Source of the DNA: Escherichia coli O127:H6 str. E2348/69
GTDB taxonomy: Bacteria; Pseudomonadota; Gammaproteobacteria; Enterobacterales; Enterobacteriaceae
Direction: 5' to 3' (one strand)
DNA length: 64,000 nucleotides
NCBI RefSeq assembly: GCF_000026545.1
Contig: NC_011601.1
Shown: one piece after another, positions 30,552-41,256 of the stretch
Layout: each line of letters starts with the position of its first letter
Numbering within the stretch: the first letter of the stretch is position 1
Notes under the pieces: model-generated
Seen by the model: the letters and a program-made list of their open reading frames with translations, nothing else
What the model was told of the DNA's origin: nothing
Database searches by the model: none
Translations under genes and position numbers: made by a program

Positions 30552-31706
30552 TCAGACCGCTTTAATGTCGATGGCTTCACCCTGCATCCGTTTACGCAGG
30601 GTACGTTTCGTACGGTCGATAACATCGCCCGCCAACTGACCACAGGCAGCATCAATGTCATCACCACGCGTTTTACGCACAATAGTGGTGAAACCGTAGC
30701 TCATCAGCACTTTTGAGAAACGGTCGATACGGCTGTTCGAACTGCGTCCATACGGCGCGCCCGGGAACGGGTTCCACGGGATCAGGTTGATCTTACACGG
30801 CGTATCTTTCAGCAGTTCTGCCAGTTGGTGCGCGTGTTCAGTGCCGTCGTTAACGTGGTCAAGCATCACGTATTCAATAGTGACTCGGCCCTGATTGGCG
30901 TTGGATTTCTCCAGATAACGGCGCACCGCCGCAAGGAACGTTTCGATATTGTACTTTTTGTTGATCGGCACAATTTCGTCACGAATTTCGTCGTTCGGCG
31001 CGTGCAGGGAGATAGCCAGCGCAACGTCGATCATATCGCCCAGTTTATCCAGCGCCGGAACCACACCGGAAGTGGAAAGCGTGACGCGACGTTTTGACAG
31101 GCCAAAACCGAAATCATCAAGCATGATTTCCATCGCCGGAACGACGTTGTTCAGGTTGAGCAGCGGCTCGCCCATCCCCATCATCACTACGTTAGTGATT
31201 GGGCGCTGACCGGTGACTTTTGCTGCGCCGACAATTTTCGCCGCACGCCACACCTGGCCGATAATTTCCGATACCCGCAGGTTGCGGTTAAAGCCCTGCT
31301 GGGCGGTGGAACAGAATTTACACTCCAGCGCACACCCCACCTGCGAAGAGACGCAGAGCGTGGCACGGTCGTCTTCCGGGATATACACCGTTTCAACGCG
31401 CTGATCGCCAACGGCGATCGCCCATTTAATGGTGCCGTCAGATGAACGCTGTTCTTCAACCACTTCCGGTGCACGGATTTCCGCCACCTCTTTCAGTTTG
31501 CCGCGCAACACTTTATTGATGTCGGTCATCTCATCAAAGTTGTCGCAGCAATAGTGATACATCCACTTCATCACCTGATCGGCGCGGAAGGGTTTTTCAC
31601 CTAAATCTTTAAAAAACTCCCGCATCTGCTGACGGTTGAGATCCAGCAGGTTGATTTTTCCATCTTTCGTGGTGACGTTTTCAGGTGTGACTAATTGTTC
31701 AGACAT
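30552..31706 (-). CDS. rlmN: Dual-specificity RNA methyltransferase RlmN (radical SAM)
   Basis: 384 aa; '[12 protein letters not shown]' radical-SAM cysteine motif. Confidence 0.93.
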
Positions 31707-31855
31707 ATGCTATTCCGGCCTCGTTATTACACGTTATGGCCCCTGGAGGGTTGAAAAAAGAAACGCCCCGGTGAGCGGCTGCTCGTCCGGGGGCGCTGCA
31801 TTGTACAAATTCTGGCGCACGGATGCCACGTTTGCACGCGGCATTTACGAAATTA

Positions 31856-32287
31856 TTAACGGGTGCGCGGGCACACTTCGCCTTCGCCGAAGAAATAAGC
31901 GATTTCGCGAGCGGCAGATTCGACGGAATCAGAACCGTGGGTACCATTTTCGGTCAGGCTGTCAGCGTAATCAGCACGCAGAGTACCGGCCAGTGCATTT
32001 GCCGGATTGGTCGCGCCCAGCAGATCGCGGTGACGCTGAACAGCATTTTCACCTTCCAGCACGGAAACAACGATCGGGCCAGAAGTCATGAATTCAACCA
32101 GACCATCAAAGAACGGTTTTCCATCGTGTTCAGCATAAAAGCCACGAGCCTGTTCAACGGTCAGGTGCAGCATTTTGGTGCCGACAATTTTGAACCCTGC
32201 AGTTTCAAAGCGCGCAAAGATACTACCAATCACGTTTTTTGCTACCGCGTTCGGTTTGATGATGGAAAAAGTACGTTCAATAGCCAT
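31856..32287 (-). CDS. ndk: Nucleoside diphosphate kinase
   Basis: 143 aa; '[21 protein letters not shown]...' and 'NGTHGSDS'. Confidence 0.95.
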
Positions 32288-32435
32288 TTTTACCTCTGTA
32301 AATTGTTCTGTTGTTGTCTGTACCAGCGTACGAGATGGCGCGGATTATAATGAGCAACAGAGCCGTTGACTATTGATGAAGGTAACATTTTTTTAAAATA
32401 AACCCAGTTTAAGCAACAATCAGGGACAAAACAGA

Positions 32436-34748
32436 CTATTGCATGACAAATTTCACTGTCGCTATTTGCCCCACGTCATCCATCACCAGCAATTGATAAT
32501 CGCCTTTATCCGTCAAATGCAGGGTCACGTTGCGCCCACGTTCAGTTAACGGTTCGCCGTTCAGAAACCACCAGCGTTCACCTGCCCCTCCACTTGATTG
32601 CAACGGCAAAGTCGCTTCCGCTGCGCCCGGTAAACGTTTAATAATCGCGCCATCGCGCACACCTGTTAGCTGCAGCGGGAGTTGTGCATCGTGACCGTAT
32701 GGCGGGCAAATTGTCGAGGCCGGTGGCAAGCGCACAGCGCGACGTTCTGATGCGGGCAGCCAGGGTTCCAGCGGTAGCGGCCAGACATTTATCATTTCTT
32801 GTCGCGCCTGAGGGCAATCAGCGGCAACACGTTTGCCGTTTTCATCCAGCCAGATGGGGAAACGAATGCCATTAATGCCTTCCTGCTCCGGCAGTAATAG
32901 AGTTGGCGGCTGGCTCCCGTCCAGCAGCCAGGTTGCCAGGCGGCGGCGACAGTTACCGTCACCTTCCGGCAAAGACTGTCCGCCCGGCCAGCAGATAACG
33001 CCACGACTTACAGAGTCAGGACGTGGGTCTTCCGGCAAATTCACACTGCGCGACAGTAAGATATTATTAACCTGATTCAACAGCGGTACGGCACAGGCAA
33101 AGCCAAACTGACCAACAACGGGCGTACCGTCCGGTCTGCCAGTCCAGATCCCGATGACATAGCGAGCGTTAACCCCAATCGCCCAGGCATCACGATAGCC
33201 ATAGCTGGTGCCCGTTTTCCATGCCAGTGGGGCGACGCGCGGCAAGGCACCATCCGGCAAGGGTTGCGCTTCATCAGCCATAATCCGGCGAATGATCCAC
33301 GCAGCCCCCGACGACATTAAAGGCCGTTCAAGCAGCGGATCGTCAGGCTGTAAGCGCAATTTGCCTGCCTTGCCGTGGCGAGCAAACGCGGTATACGCTG
33401 CCGCCATATCTTCCAGTTTTGCGCCAGCGCCGCCGAGAATGAGCGAAAGATTTGGTGCAGCACCGTTGGGCAAATACAACGGCAATCCAACATTGCGTAA
33501 CTTTGCCGCAAACCGTTTCGGTCCATAGGCTTCCAGCACCTGCACAGCAGGTAAGTTCAGCGATCGCACCAGCGCCTCACTCATGCTGATCGGACCATGA
33601 AAACCGCTGTCAAAGTTGCCAGGTCGGTAATCACCGGTGCGTCGGGGGACGTCTTGCAACAGCGATGCCGGATGGATCAAGCCTTCATCCAGCGCCAGAC
33701 CATAAACAAACGGTTTGAGCACCGATCCTGGCGATCGGATCGCATTGACCATATCAACATGACCAAAGCGTGAATCATCGTTGAGATCAACCGATCCCAC
33801 CCAGCCGCGAACACGCATATCGGTATGATCAACCACGATCATCGCCAGTGAGCTGCGCGGTGGCAATCGTCCTTTCCAGTTTTGCGCCAGTTCTTCCAGA
33901 CGTCGTTGAAGACCGGCATCCAGCGTAGTAACGATTTTGTCGCTTTTGCTTTTACCGAGCATCATGCGCGAAAACAGCGGTGCCAGTTGCGGCATTTGTC
34001 GGGGTGCCAGCCAGATGGGTTCTTCCCTTGACTCTTTTACCCGCTCACGGGACCACACACCTTGCACGGCCATCCGTTCGAGCACTTTATTACGCGCGGC
34101 TTCGGCACGCTCCGGCCAACGATCCGGGCGAAGACGGCTGGGCGCTTGCGGCAAAACCGCCAGCATTGCCGCCTCGGAATAGCTTAAATTCGCAGGCGAT
34201 TTCCCGAGGTAAGCCCAACTTGCCGCACCAATCCCCTGCAACGTACCGCCAAACGGGGCACGGTTAAGATACAAGGTCAGAATTTCACGTTTAGACAGAT
34301 GCCATTCCAGTTGCAACGCGCGCCAGAGCTGGCGAATTTTGCCGCCAAACGTTTTGGGGTGAGGATCAAGCAGGCGCGCCACCTGCATGGTGAGCGTGCT
34401 GCCGCCGGAAATGACCCGACCCGACGTGAGATCTTGCCAGGCTGCACGCGCCACCGAGAACGGATTCACCCCCGGATGCTTCCAGAACCAGCGATCTTCA
34501 TAATTGATCAGCGCTTCAAGGTAACGTGGAGAAACATCTTCGATTGTTACCGGATAACGCCAGATGCCGTCAGCATCGGCGAAACGCCAGAGTGGCGTAC
34601 CATCCTGCGCCACCACCACGCGTGCAGGATTCACTTCTTGCAATGGCAGAGGCCAGAGTTTATCTGCTGCCCATGCTGCCAGAATGATGATAAAAGGCGC
34701 GGCTGCCAGCATTATCCAGCAGCCGCGTTTGGTTAACAGGCGAGGCAT
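32436..34748 (-). CDS. pbpC: Penicillin-binding protein 1C
   Basis: 770 aa; transglycosylase and transpeptidase modules; start abuts the yfhM stop (34748/34749). Confidence 0.9.
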   Translation of the reverse strand: MPRLLTKRGCWIMLAAAPFIIILAAWAADKLWPLPLQEVNPARVVVAQDGTPLWRFADADGIWRYPVTIEDVSPRYLEALINYEDRWFWKHPGVNPFSVARAAWQDLTSGRVISGGSTLTMQVARLLDPHPKTFGGKIRQLWRALQLEWHLSKREILTLYLNRAPFGGTLQGIGAASWAYLGKSPANLSYSEAAMLAVLPQAPSRLRPDRWPERAEAARNKVLERMAVQGVWSRERVKESREEPIWLAPRQMPQLAPLFSRMMLGKSKSDKIVTTLDAGLQRRLEELAQNWKGRLPPRSSLAMIVVDHTDMRVRGWVGSVDLNDDSRFGHVDMVNAIRSPGSVLKPFVYGLALDEGLIHPASLLQDVPRRTGDYRPGNFDSGFHGPISMSEALVRSLNLPAVQVLEAYGPKRFAAKLRNVGLPLYLPNGAAPNLSLILGGAGAKLEDMAAAYTAFARHGKAGKLRLQPDDPLLERPLMSSGAAWIIRRIMADEAQPLPDGALPRVAPLAWKTGTSYGYRDAWAIGVNARYVIGIWTGRPDGTPVVGQFGFACAVPLLNQVNNILLSRSVNLPEDPRPDSVSRGVICWPGGQSLPEGDGNCRRRLATWLLDGSQPPTLLLPEQEGINGIRFPIWLDENGKRVAADCPQARQEMINVWPLPLEPWLPASERRAVRLPPASTICPPYGHDAQLPLQLTGVRDGAIIKRLPGAAEATLPLQSSGGAGERWWFLNGEPLTERGRNVTLHLTDKGDYQLLVMDDVGQIATVKFVMQ

Positions 34749-37700
34749 TTACGGTCTGACTATCAACAGATCGTCAGCCGCACCAGTCGCCCGCCATTGG
34801 GGAACATACATTGATTCCACCATCGGTTGCGGTACCTGATACGTTCCCGGCGTCACCGCCCGCGCCAGATACACCAGCGTTACCGGTTGGTATTCATCAA
34901 CGGCAACCGCCGCCACAAAGCGATCGTCACGGAACTCAATGTGCTTAATGCTCGCCTGCTGCATCTGGTTCAGTAAGTTTTGCACTTCGCCACCACTTTG
35001 CTCCAGGCTGGCGCTACCGTTCGCCAGATTCTGATTTTCCAGTTCCAGACCCGCAGGCAGCAGATCAACGACTAACGCATCCGGCACGCTGTTACTGGCT
35101 TTAACCTGCAACCAGACCAGCACCAGATCGCCGCTACGTAACGAGTCCAGCGATTTGCTCTTACCATCAGTACCAAGAATATGACGCTCGATTTGCAGCA
35201 CATTGTTCGCCGGTAAAGGTGCGGATTGCGGATAACCGCTGGCATCCACACGCAGCCATAACGGCTGATCGCCACTGTTGGTCACCTGCAAGGTGGCAAG
35301 TTGATCGCTATTCAGATTGCTGTTTTGCGCTTTCTCGCCTGTCAGCGGCTCAGTTGAGAAAGAGGTTTGCGCCTGCCATTTACCCGGTAAATCCTGGATC
35401 GTACGGGCAGCCAGGAACAACGCGTTACTTTCCTGCGTCGATAGCCAGCGTTCACCAAACGCCTGCTGCGAAAGCGTGTTCAGCAAAGTGTTTTGCTCAT
35501 CGGGTAGCAGTTTATTTTCTTCCAGCAAGGAGAGCATCAACGCGTTGTCGCGCAGTGGACTACCGTAATCACCCAGCCATATCCGCTCATCACTATTACG
35601 CGGCGTTTTCAGCGCCAGCACAATCGCTTCATCACCACGCGTTGCATCACCCATGGTTTTCAGCGCAACGCCAAGTTGCAGCAGCGGTAATCCAGAAGCA
35701 GCATCTGCACGATGCTCCCAGATTTCACGCAGCGCACCCAGTGGTGCTTTTTGCTGACGGGCCAACACCAGTGCAGCGTAAGACTGTACGGCGAATTTAC
35801 TGGCTTTGAGATTATCCGCATACGGGATCGACATCATGCCCGGATCTTGTAAATAGCGCAGCAGACGCTCATTACCCCGGTTAATGGCGTCTGTCGGCAC
35901 GCTGTAACCCTGTTCGCCTGCGCGGACCAGGAAATCCATCACGTAAGCCGTCAGCCAGTACTCTTCGTCACCGTTTTTATCCCACAACGCAAAGCCGCCG
36001 TTATCACGTTGCATTTGCAGCAAACGGGAAATGCCGATATCGACCGATGCACGGCGTTTCTCATCACTGTCGCCTTTGATGCCCAACGCCTGCAGTTGGG
36101 CTGCATTGGTATAAAGTGACGGGAACAGGCCGCTGGCGGTTTGCTCGAGACAGCCGTACGGATACGCTTTTAACTCTTTGATATAACGTGCGATGTTCAG
36201 CGGTGGTTTGCCACTCAACAACAATTGCCCTTCCAGCGTAACAGGCGAGAAGTTTTGCAATCCATCAGCCGGGAGCGCCCAGGTTTCACCAGGCTGTAAC
36301 GCCGTACCGTAATTGACCGTTTGTGCCGGGAATGCCGGACGGACGCCGATTTTCCACTGCTTATGCTGATCGGCAACGGTTTCCCCCGGTAACGCTAACC
36401 CGCTAATGGTGGCCTGAATGTCTCCATCGCCATAACCCGGCAATGCACGCACCGGGATAAACAGCGTAGTACGCACCCCTGGCGCTAATTCAACAGGTGC
36501 GGGGGAATTACTCACCAGTTCAAGCAAGCCACTGGCGGTCAGAGCAACATTAAGTTTTTGCGGTTTATCGGTAAGATTAGTGATATCCAGCGTCAGGCGC
36601 GAGGTATCGCCACTCGCCATAAAGCGCGGCATGTTCAGTTCAGCAATCACCGGTGCGGCAACAATCACTTTGCTTTCGTTGCTTCCGAAGTCATCTGCCG
36701 TCCAGGCTTGCGCCATGACGCGCAATTCACCGTTAAAATCGCCAATTGGCAGTGTAACCGAGCCTTCGCCCTGTTCATTGAGCGTTACCGGCAGCGCCTG
36801 CTGCGCGACAATATTGACGTGATTGACCGGCGGTTTACCACCACGTTTCAGCTCATCACCATCGCCACCAAAACGCAGAGCTGCCAGACGCCCCTGACCT
36901 TCAATGACCTGACCGTAAATATCGTAAATGTCTGCGCCATAGCGTTTCTGACCAAAGAACGCCTGCCACGGATCTGGCGTGACGTAATCAGTAATATTCA
37001 GCACACCGCTATCAACCGCAGACACCAGCACATTCACCTGTTTTGGCATCTCACCATTTTTATTGCTGGCTTTAATTTTCACGGTTAATGGCTGATTGGG
37101 GCGCATTTTGGTGGGGGTTTCCAGCGCCAGATCGAGGCGACGGTTTTCATCACCAAGCGGCAGATGCAACACCCCAACCGCGCGTTTTGGCGTCGCGGAG
37201 CGAGATTTATCGCCAGGACGTACCACCAGCGTACTTAAATACAGATCATGACGATTCCAGGTTTTATCGACCGGAATCGTCAGATCCAGCCCTTGAGCCG
37301 GAACATCAATCTCTTGCCACCACAGCGGCCCTTCACTGGACTCGACCATCGCATAACCTTTACCCGCCGTTGGCGCGGCAATATGCAACTTAATGGTATC
37401 GCCAGGGCAATAGCTGGCTTTATCCAGTTTCAGCGTGACACGGTCGGGTCGCACTGCACCACCCCCGTCGCTGTTATCCTGCCAGCTATACCCAGCCCAG
37501 AAACGCACACTACTGACCGCTTCATTCGGCGCTTTAACTTCCAGACGATAAGCGCCCCACTCTACCGGGAAACTGACCTTACCGGTTTCGTCCGCTTTCA
37601 GATCCAGAGTTTGTTCATTTTCGATCAGATCTTTTTGATCAAACTGTGACTGCCAGCCTTCATATTCCGACCAGTTCCAGTAGTAATCGCGGCGTTCGCG

Positions 37701-39710
37701 AATCAAGCGCACCTGCAAGCCCGACACGGCTTTTTTCACGCCTTGCGCATCGCTATAAACGATGTCAAAAGCGGCGTTACTACCTTCATCAACAATGGGC
37801 TGTTTCACCGTGCTGTCGGTGCGATAATCGTAAACCGATTTCGAGGCGAACTGCGGACGGATCCCTGGCAATGCATCAGCAGGCCAGATAGCCTGCTCAG
37901 CACGGCGCGTCACCGGGCGACCGCCCGATTCCAGCAAACTACCCTGGAAAATAACCTGTAATGGGGAATGCGTTTCCTTCCACTGGCTTTCTGTAGAAAC
38001 TTCGCCGCGCCCTTTATCATCCAGCGTCAACTGAACTTCATCCAGCGTGCGGGAAAGATTTTCGGCAGCTATATCTCCGAATTCAAAACCAGGTAAGGCT
38101 GACACAGCTTCACGCAGTGGGCGCAGGAAAAGTTGCCCTTGCAAAGTATTACCATTAGCAGGTGCACCATACAGGTAGTACCCCACCACGGAGAATTTCA
38201 CTTCATCTTTCGGCGTTAGCGGGGTTTTCTCACCGGTCAGATTCAGCGCCATACGCTCTGGCATAAAATCTTCGACGTGGAAATCCCACATCCGATACTG
38301 GTTATCGCCCGTGTTAGCGCGAATATGCCACATACCGGTTGCCGCATTGCTATCGAGTGGCCAGGTAAAGTGGTAGAGGCCATTCTCCGGCTGACTAACG
38401 ACACTCCTGAGTACCTGCCCGTCGGGTTTAATCACGTCTAACTTGATGGGTTGATCGGGCAATGCTTTACCGTCTGCATCACGCAGCAAACCATTGAGGA
38501 TGACCGTTTCACCCGGGCGATAAAGATCGCGCGGGCCAAACATGAAAAACTGTTTGCTATAGCCCGGCGCGCCAGCAATGTTAAATTCCGCTAAGTCCAG
38601 CGCCGGGAGTTTTAAATCGAGCAGCGTTGTCTGACCGTTTTTACGCGCCAGCAGTAATGCCGCGTTTTTATCATTTTCCAGCTGCACATGCCCCTGAGCG
38701 TCACTGGTTGCCTGAGTCAGAGTCTGCCCTTTCTCATTTAATAAAGAGACTTCAATTCCTTGCTGGGCTGCGCCGTTTTCCAGACTTTGGGTAAAGATAT
38801 CCAGACGATTGTGATAACGGTGAGCTGAAACGCCAATATCACTTAACGTAAACAGCGTTGCGGGATTACTGTAATCGTAACGTCCAGCCTGATTCATCAC
38901 AGCCAGATACACGCCCGCCTGCTGAAGCGGTTTGATATCGCCCAGCGGCAGCAATAATTTTTCACGGGTGTTACGCGCAGGATTGAGATCAAACCGTCCG
39001 GTGTAGACCAGATCCGCCATCTGCAGCAGTTTGTCTGACTGCCAGTTCGCCAGCGAATTGCGGTATTCCCATTGGCTAATGAATGCTGGCAGAGATTCTG
39101 GCTTAACGCGGAAGAAGTTAACATCGACATTATTAACGTTGAGCGCCATTACCGGCAGCCCTTCAACGACTTTGCCAGGCAGCAGCGAACCACGGCTGGC
39201 AAAACCGACGCTGGGTTGGATATCGCGGGTAGTTATAGTTTTTTCGTCATCTTTACTAAAGGTTGCGTTATTGAGCGCTTTGACCTCCTTGCCAATAGTG
39301 ACGATCAAATCACGTTTCGGTTCGAGGTGGCGTAAACGCAGCTCTTTAAGATTATCTGACAGCTCCCAGGCACCATCCACTTTGCCGCTTTTTTTATCGA
39401 CGACATGAATAACGCGTGAGAAATCCTGATCCGGGTCGAGAGGTATGGAGAACGTCAGCACCAGCGTGGCTGCGCCATCGAGTTGAACTTCAGAGAGATC
39501 CAGCAATGTCAGCGCCTTACCGGCACTCTGTTGGGCCAGTTTTTGTCGCTCCGGCGCGGAAAGTTTTGCTGAACTCACGTTTTCTGAAGAGGCCGCTTTA
39601 GTAACTTCAGAAGGCGCATCTTTTTTCACCGCTGTTGGCGCGTTATCGTTGTTGTCGCACCCTGCCAGCGCCAGCATTAGCATGCAGGCGGCTACGCGTA
39701 ACTTTTTCAT
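34749..39710 (-). CDS. yfhM: Alpha-2-macroglobulin family lipoprotein YfhM
   Basis: 1653 aa; lipoprotein signal 'LALAGCDN'; thioester-like 'GCLEQ' motif. Confidence 0.9.
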   Translation of the reverse strand: MKKLRVAACMLMLALAGCDNNDNAPTAVKKDAPSEVTKAASSENVSSAKLSAPERQKLAQQSAGKALTLLDLSEVQLDGAATLVLTFSIPLDPDQDFSRVIHVVDKKSGKVDGAWELSDNLKELRLRHLEPKRDLIVTIGKEVKALNNATFSKDDEKTITTRDIQPSVGFASRGSLLPGKVVEGLPVMALNVNNVDVNFFRVKPESLPAFISQWEYRNSLANWQSDKLLQMADLVYTGRFDLNPARNTREKLLLPLGDIKPLQQAGVYLAVMNQAGRYDYSNPATLFTLSDIGVSAHRYHNRLDIFTQSLENGAAQQGIEVSLLNEKGQTLTQATSDAQGHVQLENDKNAALLLARKNGQTTLLDLKLPALDLAEFNIAGAPGYSKQFFMFGPRDLYRPGETVILNGLLRDADGKALPDQPIKLDVIKPDGQVLRSVVSQPENGLYHFTWPLDSNAATGMWHIRANTGDNQYRMWDFHVEDFMPERMALNLTGEKTPLTPKDEVKFSVVGYYLYGAPANGNTLQGQLFLRPLREAVSALPGFEFGDIAAENLSRTLDEVQLTLDDKGRGEVSTESQWKETHSPLQVIFQGSLLESGGRPVTRRAEQAIWPADALPGIRPQFASKSVYDYRTDSTVKQPIVDEGSNAAFDIVYSDAQGVKKAVSGLQVRLIRERRDYYWNWSEYEGWQSQFDQKDLIENEQTLDLKADETGKVSFPVEWGAYRLEVKAPNEAVSSVRFWAGYSWQDNSDGGGAVRPDRVTLKLDKASYCPGDTIKLHIAAPTAGKGYAMVESSEGPLWWQEIDVPAQGLDLTIPVDKTWNRHDLYLSTLVVRPGDKSRSATPKRAVGVLHLPLGDENRRLDLALETPTKMRPNQPLTVKIKASNKNGEMPKQVNVLVSAVDSGVLNITDYVTPDPWQAFFGQKRYGADIYDIYGQVIEGQGRLAALRFGGDGDELKRGGKPPVNHVNIVAQQALPVTLNEQGEGSVTLPIGDFNGELRVMAQAWTADDFGSNESKVIVAAPVIAELNMPRFMASGDTSRLTLDITNLTDKPQKLNVALTASGLLELVSNSPAPVELAPGVRTTLFIPVRALPGYGDGDIQATISGLALPGETVADQHKQWKIGVRPAFPAQTVNYGTALQPGETWALPADGLQNFSPVTLEGQLLLSGKPPLNIARYIKELKAYPYGCLEQTASGLFPSLYTNAAQLQALGIKGDSDEKRRASVDIGISRLLQMQRDNGGFALWDKNGDEEYWLTAYVMDFLVRAGEQGYSVPTDAINRGNERLLRYLQDPGMMSIPYADNLKASKFAVQSYAALVLARQQKAPLGALREIWEHRADAASGLPLLQLGVALKTMGDATRGDEAIVLALKTPRNSDERIWLGDYGSPLRDNALMLSLLEENKLLPDEQNTLLNTLSQQAFGERWLSTQESNALFLAARTIQDLPGKWQAQTSFSTEPLTGEKAQNSNLNSDQLATLQVTNSGDQPLWLRVDASGYPQSAPLPANNVLQIERHILGTDGKSKSLDSLRSGDLVLVWLQVKASNSVPDALVVDLLPAGLELENQNLANGSASLEQSGGEVQNLLNQMQQASIKHIEFRDDRFVAAVAVDEYQPVTLVYLARAVTPGTYQVPQPMVESMYVPQWRATGAADDLLIVRP

Positions 39711-39916
39711 TTTTCATCCCTGCCACAATGGCCCGTTAGCAACGTCGAATAATTATTATGCGTGAGAATTTACGTTATGTAATTCAGTATCACGCCCATA
39801 CAATCCGAATTTTAGTGAGAATTGTGGCTCAGACAGCCAAATCAGCCTCTTTTGCTTGTCGCTTTTCACTAAACATCCGACAATTTAGCCTAACCCCGGC
39901 AAAAATGGAGATGCCT

Positions 39917-40762
39917 ATGTCCACGACATGGTTTGTAGGAGCCGACTGGCTCGCCGAACATATTGATGACCCGGAAATTCAGATTATCGATGCCCGCATG
40001 GCGTCGCCTGGACAGGAAGATCGTAACGTTGCTCAGGAGTATCTGAATGGACATATTCCCGGCGCAGTGTTTTTTGATATCGAAGCGCTTTCTGATCACA
40101 CTTCCCCGCTTCCGCACATGCTGCCGCGCCCGGAAACGTTCGCCGTGGCGATGCGTGAATTAGGCGTTAACCAGGATAAGCACCTGATTGTCTATGACGA
40201 AGGTAATCTTTTCTCAGCCCCACGAGCATGGTGGATGCTGCGCACCTTTGGTGTAGAGAAAGTGTCGATTCTGGGTGGTGGACTTGCAGGCTGGCAGCGT
40301 GATGATCTGCTATTAGAGGAAGGCGCAGTAGAGCTGCCGGAAGGAGAGTTTAACGCCGCGTTTAATCCTGAAGCCGTGGTGAAAGTAACCGATGTATTAT
40401 TGGCAAGCCATGAAAATACGGCGCAAATTATTGATGCCCGCCCGGCTACACGTTTTAACGCAGAAGTTGATGAACCTCGCCCAGGTTTACGTCGCGGACA
40501 TATTCCCGGTGCATTGAACGTTCCGTGGACGGAACTGGTACGTGAAGGCGAACTAAAAACGACTGATGAACTGGATGCGATATTTTTTGGTCGCGGTGTC
40601 AGCTACGACAAACCAATTATCGTCAGCTGCGGTTCTGGTGTAACAGCAGCCGTGGTTTTGTTGGCACTTGCGACGCTGGATGTGCCAAACGTGAAACTGT
40701 ACGACGGCGCATGGAGTGAATGGGGCGCACGAGCAGATTTACCGGTTGAGCCAGTGAAATAA
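39917..40762 (+). CDS. sseA: 3-mercaptopyruvate sulfurtransferase
   Basis: Rhodanese active-site 'CGSGVTA'; start at internal Met 'MSTTWFVGADW' gives 281 aa. Confidence 0.9.
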   Translation: MSTTWFVGADWLAEHIDDPEIQIIDARMASPGQEDRNVAQEYLNGHIPGAVFFDIEALSDHTSPLPHMLPRPETFAVAMRELGVNQDKHLIVYDEGNLFSAPRAWWMLRTFGVEKVSILGGGLAGWQRDDLLLEEGAVELPEGEFNAAFNPEAVVKVTDVLLASHENTAQIIDARPATRFNAEVDEPRPGLRRGHIPGALNVPWTELVREGELKTTDELDAIFFGRGVSYDKPIIVSCGSGVTAAVVLLALATLDVPNVKLYDGAWSEWGARADLPVEPVK

Positions 40763-40780
40763 GCTTTATACAGGCAATAA

Positions 40781-40808
40781 AAAACCGCCGAATCTGGCGG
40801 TTTTTTAT
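40781..40808 (+). terminator. sseA intrinsic terminator
   Basis: Hairpin ccgccgaatctggcgg followed by tttttt. Confidence 0.65.
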
Positions 40809-40949
40809 TGCTGGTCTGGTTCGCGGCCTTTCCAGCAGGTTGTATTACCGTAGTAATGCAAGCGCGTCTCAGCGGACACAATACTCGCCAGTAACTCTCT
40901 TTTTGTCAAGTAAAAGAGAGTTATTATTGTTCTGTTAGTGTATTATCCA

Positions 40950-41256
40950 CTGCGGCCCTTTCCGCCGTCTCGCAAGCGGGCGCTGGCTTAAGGAAAGGAT
41001 GTTCCGCGACCGTTAGGGCAAGCGCGTCTCAGCGCTTGCTATCGCGGCAATATCGCCAGTGGTGCTGTCGTGATGCGGTCTTCGCATGGACCGCACAATG
41101 AAGATACGGTGCTTTTGTATCGTACTTATTGTTTCTGGTGCGCTGTTAACCGAGGTAAATAATAACCGGAGTCTCTCCGGCAACAATTTACTGGTGGTTA
41201 ACAACCTTCAGAACAGCAAGTAAGCCCGAATGCCGCCCTTTGGGGCGGCATGTTTT
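40950..41256 (+). ncRNA. ryfA: Candidate RyfA-like sRNA locus in the sseA-sseB intergenic region; boundaries approximate
   Basis: ~490-bp intergenic region with repeated motif 'gcaagcgcgtctcagcg' (at about 40858 and 41018) and a terminator hairpin gccgccc-ttt-ggggcggc at 41232-41249; placement of RyfA here is from memory. Confidence 0.3.
41098..41223 (+). CDS. Candidate 41-aa small hydrophobic protein (TimP-like toxin candidate), below the ORF-track cutoff
   Basis: Hand-translated: MKIRCFCIVLIVSGALLTEVNNNRSLSGNNLLVVNNLQNSK*; ends 9 nt before the terminator hairpin. Confidence 0.3.
   Translation: MKIRCFCIVLIVSGALLTEVNNNRSLSGNNLLVVNNLQNSK

Noticed and set aside
34748-34749. pbpC start abutting the yfhM stop as a possible anomaly
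   Set aside because: This is the normal translationally coupled yfhM-pbpC arrangement, not a frameshift or fusion.
39758-40762. 334-aa extended form of sseA (and similar N-terminal extensions of guaB, der, hscA, iscS, csiE, yphA, yphC)
   Set aside because: The ORF track reports the longest open frame; known protein lengths and conserved N-termini indicate internal Met starts.
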